Positions 17,319-27,198 are shown, numbered from the stretch's first letter. The stretch: 64,000 nt of DNA from Anaerolineae bacterium UTCFX1 (GCA_002050275.1 MWTB01000027.1:17225-81224), one strand, 5' to 3'. Translations and numbers: made by a program. Notes: generated by a model not told the origin, from the sequence alone.

Positions 17319-18212
17319 ATGAGCAAAGGCATCTTGAACGGCGTTGTCGCATACGCGCTGTGGGGCTTCTTCCCGCTCTACTGGAAACTGTTGCGCGAGG
17401 TTCCCGCTCCGCAACTATTGGGGCATCGCATTATCTGGTCGTTTGCGCTGCTGATTGCGATCATCGGCGTTAGCGGTCAATGGCGAGATTTCCACTCTGT
17501 TGTGAATTGGCGCGTATTTCGCGTTTATTTGATCGCTTCAATATTGATCGGCGTTAATTGGCTGGTGTATGTTTGGGCGGTCAACTCGGATTTTGTGATT
17601 GAGGCAAGCCTGGGATATTTTATAAATCCGTTATTAAGTGTGTTGCTAGGCGTGCTCTTCTTGCGCGAGCGATTGCGTTCAGCGCAATGGCTTTCTGTCG
17701 GACTTGCCGTGATCGGAGTCGGTTATTTGACGTTCGTTTATGGACGCTTGCCGTGGATCGCGCTCGCGCTTGCTTTCTCATTCGGTTTCTACGGGTTAGT
17801 CAAGAAACTTGCGCCGCTCGGCTCGCTCTATGGACTGACGTTTGAAACTGGCATTCTCCTCGTTCCGGCGCTCGTTTACTTAGGCGTTGTAGAAGCCGCG
17901 CGAACAGGCGCGTTTCTGCATTCCGGTGCAACAGCAGATTGGCTTATGGTCGGCGCAGGCGCTGTAACCACGATTCCGCTATTGTTGTTTGCATCCGCTG
18001 CTAAGCAAATCCCGCTCACTGTAGTCGGCGTTCTTCAATACCTTACGCCAACGCTTCAATTTCTATTGGGCGTATTCGTCTATCATGAATTATTTGATCG
18101 TTCACAGTTGTTCGGCTTTGGGTTGATCTGGCTGGCGTTGGGAGTGTTTGGAATCGAAGGTTATGTCGTTAGCCGTGCGAAACAAAGCGCGCCAGCTCGA
18201 TTTGTTCGATAA
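17319..18212 (+). CDS. rarD: EamA/RarD-family permease
   Basis: GVVAYALWGFFPLYWKLL is the RarD N-terminal signature. About 10 TM helices and two EamA-like halves. Confidence 0.85.
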   Translation: MSKGILNGVVAYALWGFFPLYWKLLREVPAPQLLGHRIIWSFALLIAIIGVSGQWRDFHSVVNWRVFRVYLIASILIGVNWLVYVWAVNSDFVIEASLGYFINPLLSVLLGVLFLRERLRSAQWLSVGLAVIGVGYLTFVYGRLPWIALALAFSFGFYGLVKKLAPLGSLYGLTFETGILLVPALVYLGVVEAARTGAFLHSGATADWLMVGAGAVTTIPLLLFASAAKQIPLTVVGVLQYLTPTLQFLLGVFVYHELFDRSQLFGFGLIWLALGVFGIEGYVVSRAKQSAPARFVR

Positions 18213-18299
18213 GTTGAGAGTATAATCACGGCGTGCGATCGGCGATGGACTATGCCGAAAGACGAAAACTATCAGATCTTTTATGTCAGGAGAATCATA

Positions 18300-19355
18300 A
18301 TGAATATCAATTTCGCTATGTGGCGCAAAGCCTCGTGGCAGCTCATCAAAATGGACGATAAAAAGGAATGGGATGCGCTCGACGTAGTCTCGAAGTGGCT
18401 GATTGCTACGCGTTCGGCGGTGACGTTGGTCACCGTCTATTCGTGCGTAATCGCAGGCATCCTTGCCGCGCGCGATGGATATTTTTCGTGGATTCCGTTC
18501 CTGATCGTCACGCTCGGTCTGTTTATCGCGCACGGCACAAATAACCTGCTCAACGATTACACCGATTTCTCGCGCGGCGTGGATAAAGATAACTATTTCC
18601 GCTCTCAGTATGGGGTTCACCCGCTTGTGCAGGGCTTCTTTACGAAACCGCAGCAGATCCGCTGGTTTTTAGCGAGCGGCACGTTAGCCACCTTGGCAGG
18701 CATATATGTTTTGATCAGCACAGGCTTTAACCTTGCCGTTCTGGGGTTATTCGTATTCGGCGCGATTACGCTGCTGGCATATACTTACCCCTTTAAATAT
18801 TGGGGGTTGGGCGAGTTTGCCATCTTTCTCGTTTGGGGTCCCATCATCATCGGCGGGGTCTATTATGTGCTGGCGTTGTTCAGTGGAAACGAGATCGTCA
18901 TGTCTAATGTGTGGAGCGCGGTTCTTGCGGGCGTTCCGTACGGACTCGGCGTCGCCAGCATCAACATCGCTAAACATATTGACAAACGCGACGACGATAA
19001 GATCAAAGGCGTCGGTACGTTCCCCGTTCGCGTCGGCGAAGCGTTTGCGCGCCGCACCGATCAGGTCGCGATCTGCCTCATTTACATTATCGTTGCTTAT
19101 CTGGTATTCGTCTCGCGCTACTTCACCCCTGCGATGCTGATCGTTTTTCTTGCCGCGAAAGACGCTCTCAATGTCATCAAAGTTTTAAATCGCCCAAAGC
19201 CATCCGAAGCGCCGGAACAAGCTCGCGCATTCTGGCCCATTTGGTTTTCAGGTTTCGCCTTTCAACATAACCGAAAATTCGGCGGCTATATTTTGCTTGG
19301 CTTGATCATTGACGCGTTGCTTCGCACCTACCTGCCAACGTTTTGGGCTTTCTAA
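18300..19355 (+). CDS. UbiA/MenA-like polyprenyltransferase, long form (paralog of 9497..10510)
   Basis: NNLLNDYTDFSRGVD and HIDKRDDD motifs. It is co-linear with the 9497 paralog along its full length. Start set at ATG 18300 with AGGAGA SD. Confidence 0.8.
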   Translation: MNINFAMWRKASWQLIKMDDKKEWDALDVVSKWLIATRSAVTLVTVYSCVIAGILAARDGYFSWIPFLIVTLGLFIAHGTNNLLNDYTDFSRGVDKDNYFRSQYGVHPLVQGFFTKPQQIRWFLASGTLATLAGIYVLISTGFNLAVLGLFVFGAITLLAYTYPFKYWGLGEFAIFLVWGPIIIGGVYYVLALFSGNEIVMSNVWSAVLAGVPYGLGVASINIAKHIDKRDDDKIKGVGTFPVRVGEAFARRTDQVAICLIYIIVAYLVFVSRYFTPAMLIVFLAAKDALNVIKVLNRPKPSEAPEQARAFWPIWFSGFAFQHNRKFGGYILLGLIIDALLRTYLPTFWAF

Positions 19356-20152
19356 TCTCTGATCTCTAGTTCCTTAATTTCCAACCATGCGGGTTCGGGG
19401 TTTGCCAATACTCCGAACCCGATTTTTCCATCGGGGATAAACGATGCATATTGATTATCAATCCAGACGACCAATCCCAGCGGCGGCTTCGGGCTCACAT
19501 CCGATTTGAACGCTTCAATATTATCCACTTCAAACGACACGCGCTTCTCTTCCCACGTCAGGCTGTATCTGTGCCATTCAGTCGTGTTCACGCTTGTGTA
19601 GGGCGCATTCTCTAATGCGCCATTCGGCGCTAGAGAGCGCCGACTACGCAAATTAATTCCATCCTCGCCGATGATTCTTCCCAACAGCCGACGCGTCGTC
19701 TTGCGCGAAAAAGGAAGCGTTATCCCTGCAAGAATCAACAATGGATGAAACATCGGCGAGCGGAATGATTGTGCTAAAAAGCCGTTCGCTGGTTTGTCAT
19801 CTTTGAACGACAAAAAGTTCTCTTTCGACGCTCTGAAGAACCAAACTGCATTCGGCAGCGTGGGCAATCGAAACGGATTTCCTCCGAAGCCGAACGACAA
19901 CCCGAACGGATCGTTCCACAAGCCGAAGCCCCACGTGCCGGAGATAGAGTCGCTTGAAGTGCGAGCGAGCAGGCTGAAGGTCAGAGGGAAACGATGCGGG
20001 AATCGTCGGCGCGAGAGTCTGGCGTAATCATCTAGTTGCGCGTTGCGATATTCGTTTGCATTTCCAGCAGGGATGGAGAGTCGCCAGCCGCGCTCGATCT
20101 CCTCCACGCGCGCGTTGGGCGTGACGTGCGGAGTTAATTTCGCTTGAGCCAT
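19352..20152 (-). CDS. Hypothetical protein, possibly with a concanavalin/GH16-like beta-sandwich
   Basis: Long ORF with no signal peptide. The patterns WGFGLWNDPF and WHRYSLTWEEKRVSFEVDN are reminiscent of LamG/GH16 folds. Start uncertain (ATG 20152 or 20188). Its stop overlaps the convergent ubiA stop. Confidence 0.55.
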   Translation of the reverse strand: MAQAKLTPHVTPNARVEEIERGWRLSIPAGNANEYRNAQLDDYARLSRRRFPHRFPLTFSLLARTSSDSISGTWGFGLWNDPFGLSFGFGGNPFRLPTLPNAVWFFRASKENFLSFKDDKPANGFLAQSFRSPMFHPLLILAGITLPFSRKTTRRLLGRIIGEDGINLRSRRSLAPNGALENAPYTSVNTTEWHRYSLTWEEKRVSFEVDNIEAFKSDVSPKPPLGLVVWIDNQYASFIPDGKIGFGVLANPEPAWLEIKELEIRD

Positions 20153-20388
20153 CTGCGCCCCAACGTGAATAGACCGATGGCGACCCACACCGCGTTGAGA
20201 CCTGTGGTGGCGTATGCGCCGAGTGTGAATGTGTAGATGACGAGGAATGCGCCCGCCACGATGTTCATGCCTTGATAGAGAAGCGAATCACCGTCCGCTT
20301 TTTTGAGCGAGACAAGCGCGTACGCCAATAGGAAGAGGATGGAACCTGTCCAGCCGAGGATGTTGATGAGGAGTTGAGAGTTTGTCAT
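20134..20388 (-). CDS. Small 3-TM membrane protein
   Basis: 84 aa with three hydrophobic helices (ILGWTGSILFLLAYALV, NIVAGAFLVIYTF, NAVWVAIGLFTL). Family uncertain. Confidence 0.55.
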   Translation of the reverse strand: MTNSQLLINILGWTGSILFLLAYALVSLKKADGDSLLYQGMNIVAGAFLVIYTFTLGAYATTGLNAVWVAIGLFTLGRRWLKRN

Positions 20389-20412
20389 TTAGACCCCATG
20401 AGGTCGTTTGAT

Positions 20413-20766
20413 TTATGCATGAACTACGACATGCTCGCGCGTCAACTCGACAAAGCGATTATCCGTTAGATATTCGACGATCTGAACAAAGTTGGAGATG
20501 AGCAGTGATTCGAGTTCATCGTTGCTGATATTCCCCGTTGAAATCAAAAGTAATTTTTCTGGGCGATTATTTAACCAGAATGAAGTTGAGAAATCCGAGT
20601 CCTTTGTCGTGATGACGTGGTTTTCCCTGTCGGCGTAGTCTAACAGTTCGAGGTTGGGTGTTGAATTCCCCTTTGGCAAATCGAGGGTATGAATGCCGTG
20701 ATGACCTCGCTCACGGAAAATATTGGTCAGGCGACGTGGGGGGGTGGCGTAAACAAGGAAATTCAT
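20413..20766 (-). CDS. DUF5615-family PIN-like putative toxin
   Basis: About 117 aa with a VITTKDSDF motif. It has a 4-nt overlap with the upstream DUF433 gene, which is the usual DUF433/DUF5615 pairing. Confidence 0.75.
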   Translation of the reverse strand: MNFLVYATPPRRLTNIFRERGHHGIHTLDLPKGNSTPNLELLDYADRENHVITTKDSDFSTSFWLNNRPEKLLLISTGNISNDELESLLISNFVQIVEYLTDNRFVELTREHVVVHA

Positions 20767-21002
20767 GCCAGTGTAACGCTAACGCGTTTAACTTGGCTGA
20801 TCCGCGCGGCATAGAGCAATGCCGCTTGAATATCGGCAGGCTCGAGGTCTTCGTAGTCTGCAAGGATTTCTTTTGGCGACATCCCTGAACTGAGCGTTTC
20901 CAATAACCATTCTACAGAGTAACGCAAGCCGCGGATGGTGGGTTTGCCAAACGACATGGCAGGGTCAATGGTGATTCGGTTGAGGAGTTCTTGATTGGTC
21001 AT
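20763..21002 (-). CDS. DUF433-family putative antitoxin
   Basis: ITIDPAMSFGKPTIRGLRYSVEWLLETLSSGMSPKEILADYEDLEPADIQAAL is the typical DUF433 sequence pattern. Confidence 0.8.
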   Translation of the reverse strand: MTNQELLNRITIDPAMSFGKPTIRGLRYSVEWLLETLSSGMSPKEILADYEDLEPADIQAALLYAARISQVKRVSVTLA

Positions 21003-21038
21003 GATTCAATCTCCTGTGTTAAGTATAACCGATGACGA

Positions 21039-21959
21039 TTATGTCCACTCCCCAACCTTCTCCATCACCTTGTATGGATCGAACGCGTCGCGGAGACCGT
21101 CGCCGATGTAGTTGACGGAGACGATCGTTAGGAAGATAGCGATACCGGGGAAGACGGCCAGCCACGGGTATTTTGTGAAATGACTTTGAGCCGCATAGAT
21201 GAGATTGCCCCATGAAGGCGTCGGTTGCTGGATGCCGAAGTTGAGAAAACTTAAGCCCGCCTCCTGGATGATGGCGTAACCGAGTTGCAGAGTTGCTTCG
21301 ACGATGACGACGCCGATGCCGTTGGGGAGAATGTGACCCAGCATGATGCGCCGATCTGACGCGCCGAGCGCGCGCGATGCAGAGACGTAATCCATCTCGC
21401 GCAGGGTGAGGAAGGCGGCGCGGACGAGACGCGCGAAGGTCATCCACGAAAGAGCGCCGATAACGAGACTGATGGTCAGCACGCTGTTGCGCTGTAAGAT
21501 GGGAAGTTCCACTTCGCGCAAGATTGCCGCCAGCAGGATTAAGACGAGGAAAGACGGCAGCGACAGGAATGCGTCGGTGATACGCATAAGAATGGAGTCG
21601 ATTTTGCCGCCGTAGTAGCCAGCCAGCGCGCCGATAGGAACGCCGATGAGGAGCGAAATCGCAACGGCGATCCCGCCGACGGTGAGCGAAATTCTTCCGC
21701 CGTAGAGGATACGCGTCAGCAGGTCGCGTCCGAGCGCGTCGGTGCCGAGCAGATGGACGGATGAGGGCGGCAGAAGCTTCTCGGCAAGACTCGATTTCTC
21801 CGGATTGAATGGCGATAGGAACGCGAAAATGCACAATAGTATGATGAGGCTGATGATAACCATGCCGATGATGGCGCCCCGATGACGGGTGAAGCGCTTC
21901 CAGATGGCGATGGAGAATTCGGAGGGTTGCGGGATCATTATTGCGTCCATCCTATGCAT
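21039..21959 (-). CDS. ABC peptide/nickel transporter permease (DppC/OppC-like)
   Basis: Polytopic protein with an EAA-type loop (SASRALGASDRRIM). It lies in an operon with a second permease and a family-5 SBP. Confidence 0.9.
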   Translation of the reverse strand: MHRMDAIMIPQPSEFSIAIWKRFTRHRGAIIGMVIISLIILLCIFAFLSPFNPEKSSLAEKLLPPSSVHLLGTDALGRDLLTRILYGGRISLTVGGIAVAISLLIGVPIGALAGYYGGKIDSILMRITDAFLSLPSFLVLILLAAILREVELPILQRNSVLTISLVIGALSWMTFARLVRAAFLTLREMDYVSASRALGASDRRIMLGHILPNGIGVVIVEATLQLGYAIIQEAGLSFLNFGIQQPTPSWGNLIYAAQSHFTKYPWLAVFPGIAIFLTIVSVNYIGDGLRDAFDPYKVMEKVGEWT

Positions 21960-21965
21960 ATGCGA

Positions 21966-23003
21966 TTATTCATATCTTACTCGCGGATCAAGGTAGGCGT
22001 ATAAAATATCGGCAATGAGATTGCAGAGGATGATGAATGCCGCGCCGATGATCAATACGGCAAGCAGCAGCGGATAGTCGCGATCTATGGCGGCTTGATA
22101 ATACAAACGTCCCATGCCGGGCCAGGCGAAAACGGTTTCAGTCAAGACGGCGCCGGTAAAGATGTACGGTAGGTCGAGCGCGATTAATGTTACGATGGGA
22201 ATCAACGCGTTGCTGAGAGCGTGTTTGAGAACTACGATACGTTCGGTGAGTCCGCGCGCGCGGGCGGAGCGAAGGTAATTTAGCGGCAGGATTTCGAGCA
22301 GGCTTGAACGGATAAAACGCGAATACCAGGCGATCCAGCCCAATGTTCCGGTGACGACCGGGAGGATCAAGTGAGCGAGTCGGTCGGAGAGTGAGAATCC
22401 GCTGCCGAGGGAGGAGATGCCGCCAGAGGGTAAAAGGGATTCTCCGGTCCATGGATTTTTTAACCACGCGTAGAAAATGATAATGAGGATAAGCCCCAGC
22501 CAAAATTCTGGGATGGCTTGTCCGGCGAAGGAGAAGGTGGTGGCGAAAAAGTCGAAGGAAGAGTATTGTTTGACGGCGGAGTATACACCCAATGGAATGG
22601 CGATGAGGAGCGCGACCAGTATGGTGATGCTCATAAGATAGACGGTGTTCGGTAGGCGCGATTGAATTTCTTCTAACACGGGTTTACGCGTGCGATACGA
22701 AAAGCCAAAATCGCCGCGTAGAACGCCTTTGCGCAAGCCCGCTGAATCTTTAATGCCGTCGCCGTTCGAGTCAATGGTCGTCCAATCGTTGCCGATAAGC
22801 CAATAGAGATATTGAGTGGGGAGCGGCTGATCCAGCCCAAATTGTCGTTTGAGTTGCGCTATCTTTTCGGGACGCGGACGCCGCCCCGCATATGCCGTGA
22901 TAGGACCGCCGGGTGCGGCATTGACCAAGCCGAAAAGAATCACGCTGAGGAAGAAGAGCAACCCAACGGTTTGAAGAAGACGGCGGAAAATGTAAGCGGT
23001 CAT
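21966..23003 (-). CDS. ABC peptide/nickel transporter permease (DppB/OppB-like)
   Basis: MTAYIFRRLLQTVGLLFFLSVILF is the typical DppB N-terminus. YLRSARARGL EAA loop is present. Confidence 0.9.
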   Translation of the reverse strand: MTAYIFRRLLQTVGLLFFLSVILFGLVNAAPGGPITAYAGRRPRPEKIAQLKRQFGLDQPLPTQYLYWLIGNDWTTIDSNGDGIKDSAGLRKGVLRGDFGFSYRTRKPVLEEIQSRLPNTVYLMSITILVALLIAIPLGVYSAVKQYSSFDFFATTFSFAGQAIPEFWLGLILIIIFYAWLKNPWTGESLLPSGGISSLGSGFSLSDRLAHLILPVVTGTLGWIAWYSRFIRSSLLEILPLNYLRSARARGLTERIVVLKHALSNALIPIVTLIALDLPYIFTGAVLTETVFAWPGMGRLYYQAAIDRDYPLLLAVLIIGAAFIILCNLIADILYAYLDPRVRYE

Positions 23004-23085
23004 CTTAAAGCGTTACGGCGCGGAAGCGGCAAACGCTCTGGACTTAATCGAATAAGCCAGAAGCGTTCGCTGCGGCGCTTGTCGC

Positions 23086-24813
23086 TTACTTGAGCGTCCA
23101 ATCGGCGATATTCCACGTCACCATGTCGTTGACGGACGACTGAACGCCTTCAATGCGCGTGGAGTGGGCTTCGGCGTTCGGCGTAGTGAAAAGGTAGACC
23201 ATGGGGACGTCTTCATCGAGACGTTCGGCGATGGCGCAGAAGGTTTCTTTGCGCGAGGCTTCATCAAGCGTATAGGCTTCGTCAATCAGCGCATCCACTT
23301 CGGAATTGTTATATCGCATGACGTTGTTGCCGAAGCCCGGCACAAGCGCTTCTTGCGAATACATTTCCCAGATATAGTCGGTAGGGTCAATGCCCGGGTA
23401 TCCATCGTCCCAAATATCCATATCGAAGTTACCGCTTTGTTCGATGCCGCCGTTTTCGGCTTGATCCCATAAGATGCTGCCTTCGACGACGGAGATGTTC
23501 GCTTTAACGCCGATATCGCTCAACATTTCAGCGATGAGCTGTTGCGTGAGAATAAGCGGTTCGCCGAATTCAGGATAGGTGATGAATTCCATTTCCATTT
23601 TATAGCCCTCGGGCGCGCCGGTCGAACAACCGCGACATTCGCGCACGCCGTCGTTGTCAGAGTCGATCCAGCCCGACGATTCGAGCAGGGCTTTAGCGGC
23701 TTCGAGATCGTACGTTGGGCGCGGCACGTTGCACTGATAGGGCGGGCGAAAGAATTCCGACCAGACGGGAGTCGCCAGCCCAAAGTAGATTTCAGAATTG
23801 ATCGTATCTATATCAATAGCGGAACGAATCGCTTTTCGCACATTGACGTCCGACAGAATCGGGTGCGGCGTTGCGGATGAGTCAACCGTTCCTTTTTGGG
23901 CAAGGTTGAAGAACATACGCATGAGCCAGCGATCGGTAGGACTCATGCTTACTTTGACAACATCCGACCCTTCCAGGTCTTTAGCGACGGTTGTATTAAT
24001 CCACATATCAATATCCGCATCGCCTTTTAGCATCATCGTCTTGCGGACGGCATCGTCTGGCACGATGCGCACGATGACCTGATCAATGTTGGGTTTGGGA
24101 GCGAGGTAGTACTTCTCGTTCTTGTGGAATGTCATATGATCGCCTTTGAGCCAATCGTGCAGGACGAAGGGACCGTCGCTCAGTGGTTCGCGCCCGCAAT
24201 CCCACGCGATAAATCCTTGCTCTAAGTCGCAATAATGTGCGGGCCAAATGGCGATTTGCTCGCCGCCTAGTTGCGTAAGGTAATTAGGATACAGCGTGTT
24301 GTAATTGACGACGAATGAATATTGGCTTAGCTTCTCAATCGAGTCGACGTAATCAATGCCGGGAATCCATGAGCCGTTGACCGGATCGGTGATCGCCTCC
24401 CAAGTGAACAGCGCGTCGTCCGCAGTGACGGGTGTGCCGTCGCTCCATTGGATATCTTCGCGCATCGTCCATGTGACCGACATTGTCCCCGCATCTTCGT
24501 CAACAATTACGCCGCCGTTTTCGATAGTTGGCAGTTCTGCGGCAAGCTCGGGAAAAACATTGCCGTAAGGGTCAATATCCGCCATGCCGAGCAATACGAG
24601 CTCCATAACGAGCGAATCGTAGCCGGTATCCGCCACCATAGGGTTAAACGACGGCGGATCTTCAGGGATAACGATCGTAATACTGCTGGTTGAATCTGGC
24701 GTGATTGATTGTTCGGTTCCCGCTGATTGCGAGCGCAGTCCGCATGAAACGATCGCCAGCGAGAGTATGACCATAAAGGCCGGAAAGAGCAACGTACGCG
24801 TTCGTGTGAACAT
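23086..24813 (-). CDS. ABC transporter substrate-binding lipoprotein, family 5 (peptide/nickel)
   Basis: Lipobox IVSCG, 575 aa, with general SBP_bac_5 features. It is first in the operon. Confidence 0.85.
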   Translation of the reverse strand: MFTRTRTLLFPAFMVILSLAIVSCGLRSQSAGTEQSITPDSTSSITIVIPEDPPSFNPMVADTGYDSLVMELVLLGMADIDPYGNVFPELAAELPTIENGGVIVDEDAGTMSVTWTMREDIQWSDGTPVTADDALFTWEAITDPVNGSWIPGIDYVDSIEKLSQYSFVVNYNTLYPNYLTQLGGEQIAIWPAHYCDLEQGFIAWDCGREPLSDGPFVLHDWLKGDHMTFHKNEKYYLAPKPNIDQVIVRIVPDDAVRKTMMLKGDADIDMWINTTVAKDLEGSDVVKVSMSPTDRWLMRMFFNLAQKGTVDSSATPHPILSDVNVRKAIRSAIDIDTINSEIYFGLATPVWSEFFRPPYQCNVPRPTYDLEAAKALLESSGWIDSDNDGVRECRGCSTGAPEGYKMEMEFITYPEFGEPLILTQQLIAEMLSDIGVKANISVVEGSILWDQAENGGIEQSGNFDMDIWDDGYPGIDPTDYIWEMYSQEALVPGFGNNVMRYNNSEVDALIDEAYTLDEASRKETFCAIAERLDEDVPMVYLFTTPNAEAHSTRIEGVQSSVNDMVTWNIADWTLK

Positions 24814-25039
24814 TGGTCCTCCTGCAATTATTTTCTCTTGTTTAGCCTTGGGCGTTCAAAAGCGAACGCAACGGCGGGGAAGCGGGCGCGCAAAAGCCTT
24901 TGAGATTTCTTGAGCGCCTTCGATCCCTGTGGTTGCTATACTCTCACAAGAGTTGTTTTGCAAACGTGACGTATTATTGCATAGAATGCCCGCTGTGTTA
25001 AGGTTTTTAACCGACGAATTTTCGAGTACAATAATTTTT

Positions 25040-26083
25040 ATGAGAACCGTATTTTGGGAAGATAACCAAGTCAAAATGATAGACCAGCGGGTTTTGCCCG
25101 CGCGTTTCGAGGTCGTTGCATACAGCGATCATAAGTCTGTCGCGCGCGCGATCACCGACATGGTCGTGCGCGGCGCGCCTGCCATCGGGGCGACTGCCGC
25201 GTTTGGTCTCGCGCTTGCGGGATTCGAATCCGCTTCCACCTCGACGGGCGATCTGCTCGCCGATCTTCGAGCCGCCGCGTCCACGTTGAAGGCTTCGCGT
25301 CCCACCGCAGTAAATCTCGCGTGGGCTGTTGATCGCGTGATGAACAAGGTCTCCAGTCTCCAGTCTCCAAGCGCAGACTCGCTTCGTCAATTCATCTTAG
25401 ACGAAGCTCAGCGCATCGCCGACGAAGACGTAGAGATCAACAAACGTATGGCGGAGCACGGTGCGGCCCTCATCAACGACGGCGACACGATCATCCATCA
25501 CTGTAACACGGGCGCGCTCGCCGCAGTGGACTGGGGCACCGCGCTGGGAGTCATCCGCACCGCGCACGAACAAGGTAAAAAGATTCACGTGCTGGTGGAT
25601 GAGACTCGTCCGCGTTTGCAAGGCGCGCGATTGACGGCATGGGAATTACAGCAATACGGCATCCCGTTTGAGATCATCAGCGACAACACGGCGGGATATT
25701 TCCTCAAAGCGGGCAAAGCGCAGAAATGCTTTGTCGGCTCGGACCGAACAGCGGCAAACGGCGATGTGGCGAACAAGATCGGAACGTATATGCTTGCGCT
25801 CGCTGCGAAAGATAACGACGTTCCGTTTTATCCTGTCGTGCCGACCTCCACGATTGACCTCTCGCTTTCGCACGGCGATCAAATTCCCATCGAAGAACGC
25901 GACCCGGAAGAAGTCCTCGGCTTGGAGTTTAAGGGCGAGCGTGTCACTCCGAAGAATGCTAAGGCGCGCAACATCGCCTTTGACGTAACTCCGAATCGTT
26001 TGATCACTGCAATTGTCACAGAAAACGGCATCGCCTATCCGCCGTATGAGAAGAGTTTGAGGCGGCTAGTTTTAGGAGAATAA
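25040..26083 (+). CDS. mtnA: S-methyl-5-thioribose-1-phosphate isomerase
   Basis: MIDQRVLP...VRGAPAIGATAAFG...RPTAVNL...HCNTGALA...DETRP.LQGARLTAWEL are MtnA/eIF-2B-family signatures. Start set at ATG 25040. Confidence 0.9.
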   Translation: MRTVFWEDNQVKMIDQRVLPARFEVVAYSDHKSVARAITDMVVRGAPAIGATAAFGLALAGFESASTSTGDLLADLRAAASTLKASRPTAVNLAWAVDRVMNKVSSLQSPSADSLRQFILDEAQRIADEDVEINKRMAEHGAALINDGDTIIHHCNTGALAAVDWGTALGVIRTAHEQGKKIHVLVDETRPRLQGARLTAWELQQYGIPFEIISDNTAGYFLKAGKAQKCFVGSDRTAANGDVANKIGTYMLALAAKDNDVPFYPVVPTSTIDLSLSHGDQIPIEERDPEEVLGLEFKGERVTPKNAKARNIAFDVTPNRLITAIVTENGIAYPPYEKSLRRLVLGE

Positions 26084-26133
26084 TTTTCTAGACATTCTCC
26101 GTCTGACGTGATAAACTTTCGCCCGTTGAATTC

Positions 26134-26162
26134 GGCGTGACGCGATCCGCGTCACGCCTTTT
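26134..26162 (+). terminator. Hairpin terminator after mtnA
   Basis: GGCGTGACGC gatcc GCGTCACGCC followed by TTTT. Confidence 0.6.
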
Positions 26163-26182
26163 GATGCGAAGATAAGGAAATT

Positions 26183-27142
26183 ATGGACATTCTTCTCACT
26201 GGCTCAGTCGCTTACGATTACTTGATGACCTTCCCCGGCTACTTCAAAGAACAGATCCTTCCCGAACGACTCGCCTCGATCAGCCTTTCATTCCTTGTTG
26301 AATCCATGTCGAAACAGCGCGGCGGAATCGCGCCGAACATCGCCTATTCGATGGCATTGCTGGGCGTCAGACCGCGCGTCATGGCGACTGTTGGCGAAGA
26401 TTTTAGCGACTATCGTCAATGGCTGGAATCAAAAGGCGTGGACACGTCGCTGATGAAGGTGGTTCCCGGCGAGTTTACCGCGTCGTTCTTTGCAACGACC
26501 GATCAATCTTCCGCTCAGATCGCTTCGTTCTATCCCGGAGCGATGGCGCATTCTTCCACGCAGTCGCTGAAAGAGTTGGATAAAGAGCCAGACTTAGTGA
26601 TCGTCTCCCCGTCTGCGCCGGATGCGATGATGAAATTCCCCGCCGAATGCCGCGAGTTAGGAATTCCGTATTTGTATGATCCAAGCCAGCAAGTGCTTCG
26701 TCTGGACGGAAGCGAGTTGGCGCGCGATATGGATGGCGCGCAGTTTCTGTTTTGCAACGATTACGAATTTGGATTAATCTCGAAGAAAACAGGCTGGGAT
26801 TTAAACCAGATGCTTAAGCATGTGAAGGCGTTGGCGATCACGCGCGGAAGAGACGGTGCAGACTTGTATGTGAATGGCGATTCTGTGCGCATCCCGACCG
26901 TTCCTGAAAGGGAGATCGTTGACCCGACCGGAGTCGGCGATGCGTTTCGCGGCGGATTTTTGGCGGGTTATGCGCGCGGATTTGATTGGAAATTATGCGG
27001 TGAAATCGGCTCGCTGGCGGCGGTCTATTGCTTGGAGAGAAAAGGCACGCAGAGCCATTCGTATTCGCTAGGCGAGTTCGTTGAACGATTTAGAGAACAT
27101 TTTGACGATCAGGGAAAATTGGACAGTTTGTTGGAATCGTAA
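26183..27142 (+). CDS. PfkB-family carbohydrate/nucleoside kinase (likely adenosine kinase, by context)
   Basis: PfkB motifs GGIAPNIAY and DPTGVGDAFRGGFL. It sits directly upstream of ahcY. Confidence 0.8.
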   Translation: MDILLTGSVAYDYLMTFPGYFKEQILPERLASISLSFLVESMSKQRGGIAPNIAYSMALLGVRPRVMATVGEDFSDYRQWLESKGVDTSLMKVVPGEFTASFFATTDQSSAQIASFYPGAMAHSSTQSLKELDKEPDLVIVSPSAPDAMMKFPAECRELGIPYLYDPSQQVLRLDGSELARDMDGAQFLFCNDYEFGLISKKTGWDLNQMLKHVKALAITRGRDGADLYVNGDSVRIPTVPEREIVDPTGVGDAFRGGFLAGYARGFDWKLCGEIGSLAAVYCLERKGTQSHSYSLGEFVERFREHFDDQGKLDSLLES

Positions 27143-27198
27143 ACTGGAGAATTAGCATTGCGGTTAATGCGCCAGTATATCGAATTATTGATTTATAG

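Noticed and set aside
10932-19355. The copper-resistance segment as a mobile genomic island
   Set aside because: There is no integrase, transposase or tRNA attachment site, and I detected no flanking direct repeats. I could not compute composition. Only the inverted UbiA paralogs bracket the segment, and they are too divergent to be recent recombination substrates.
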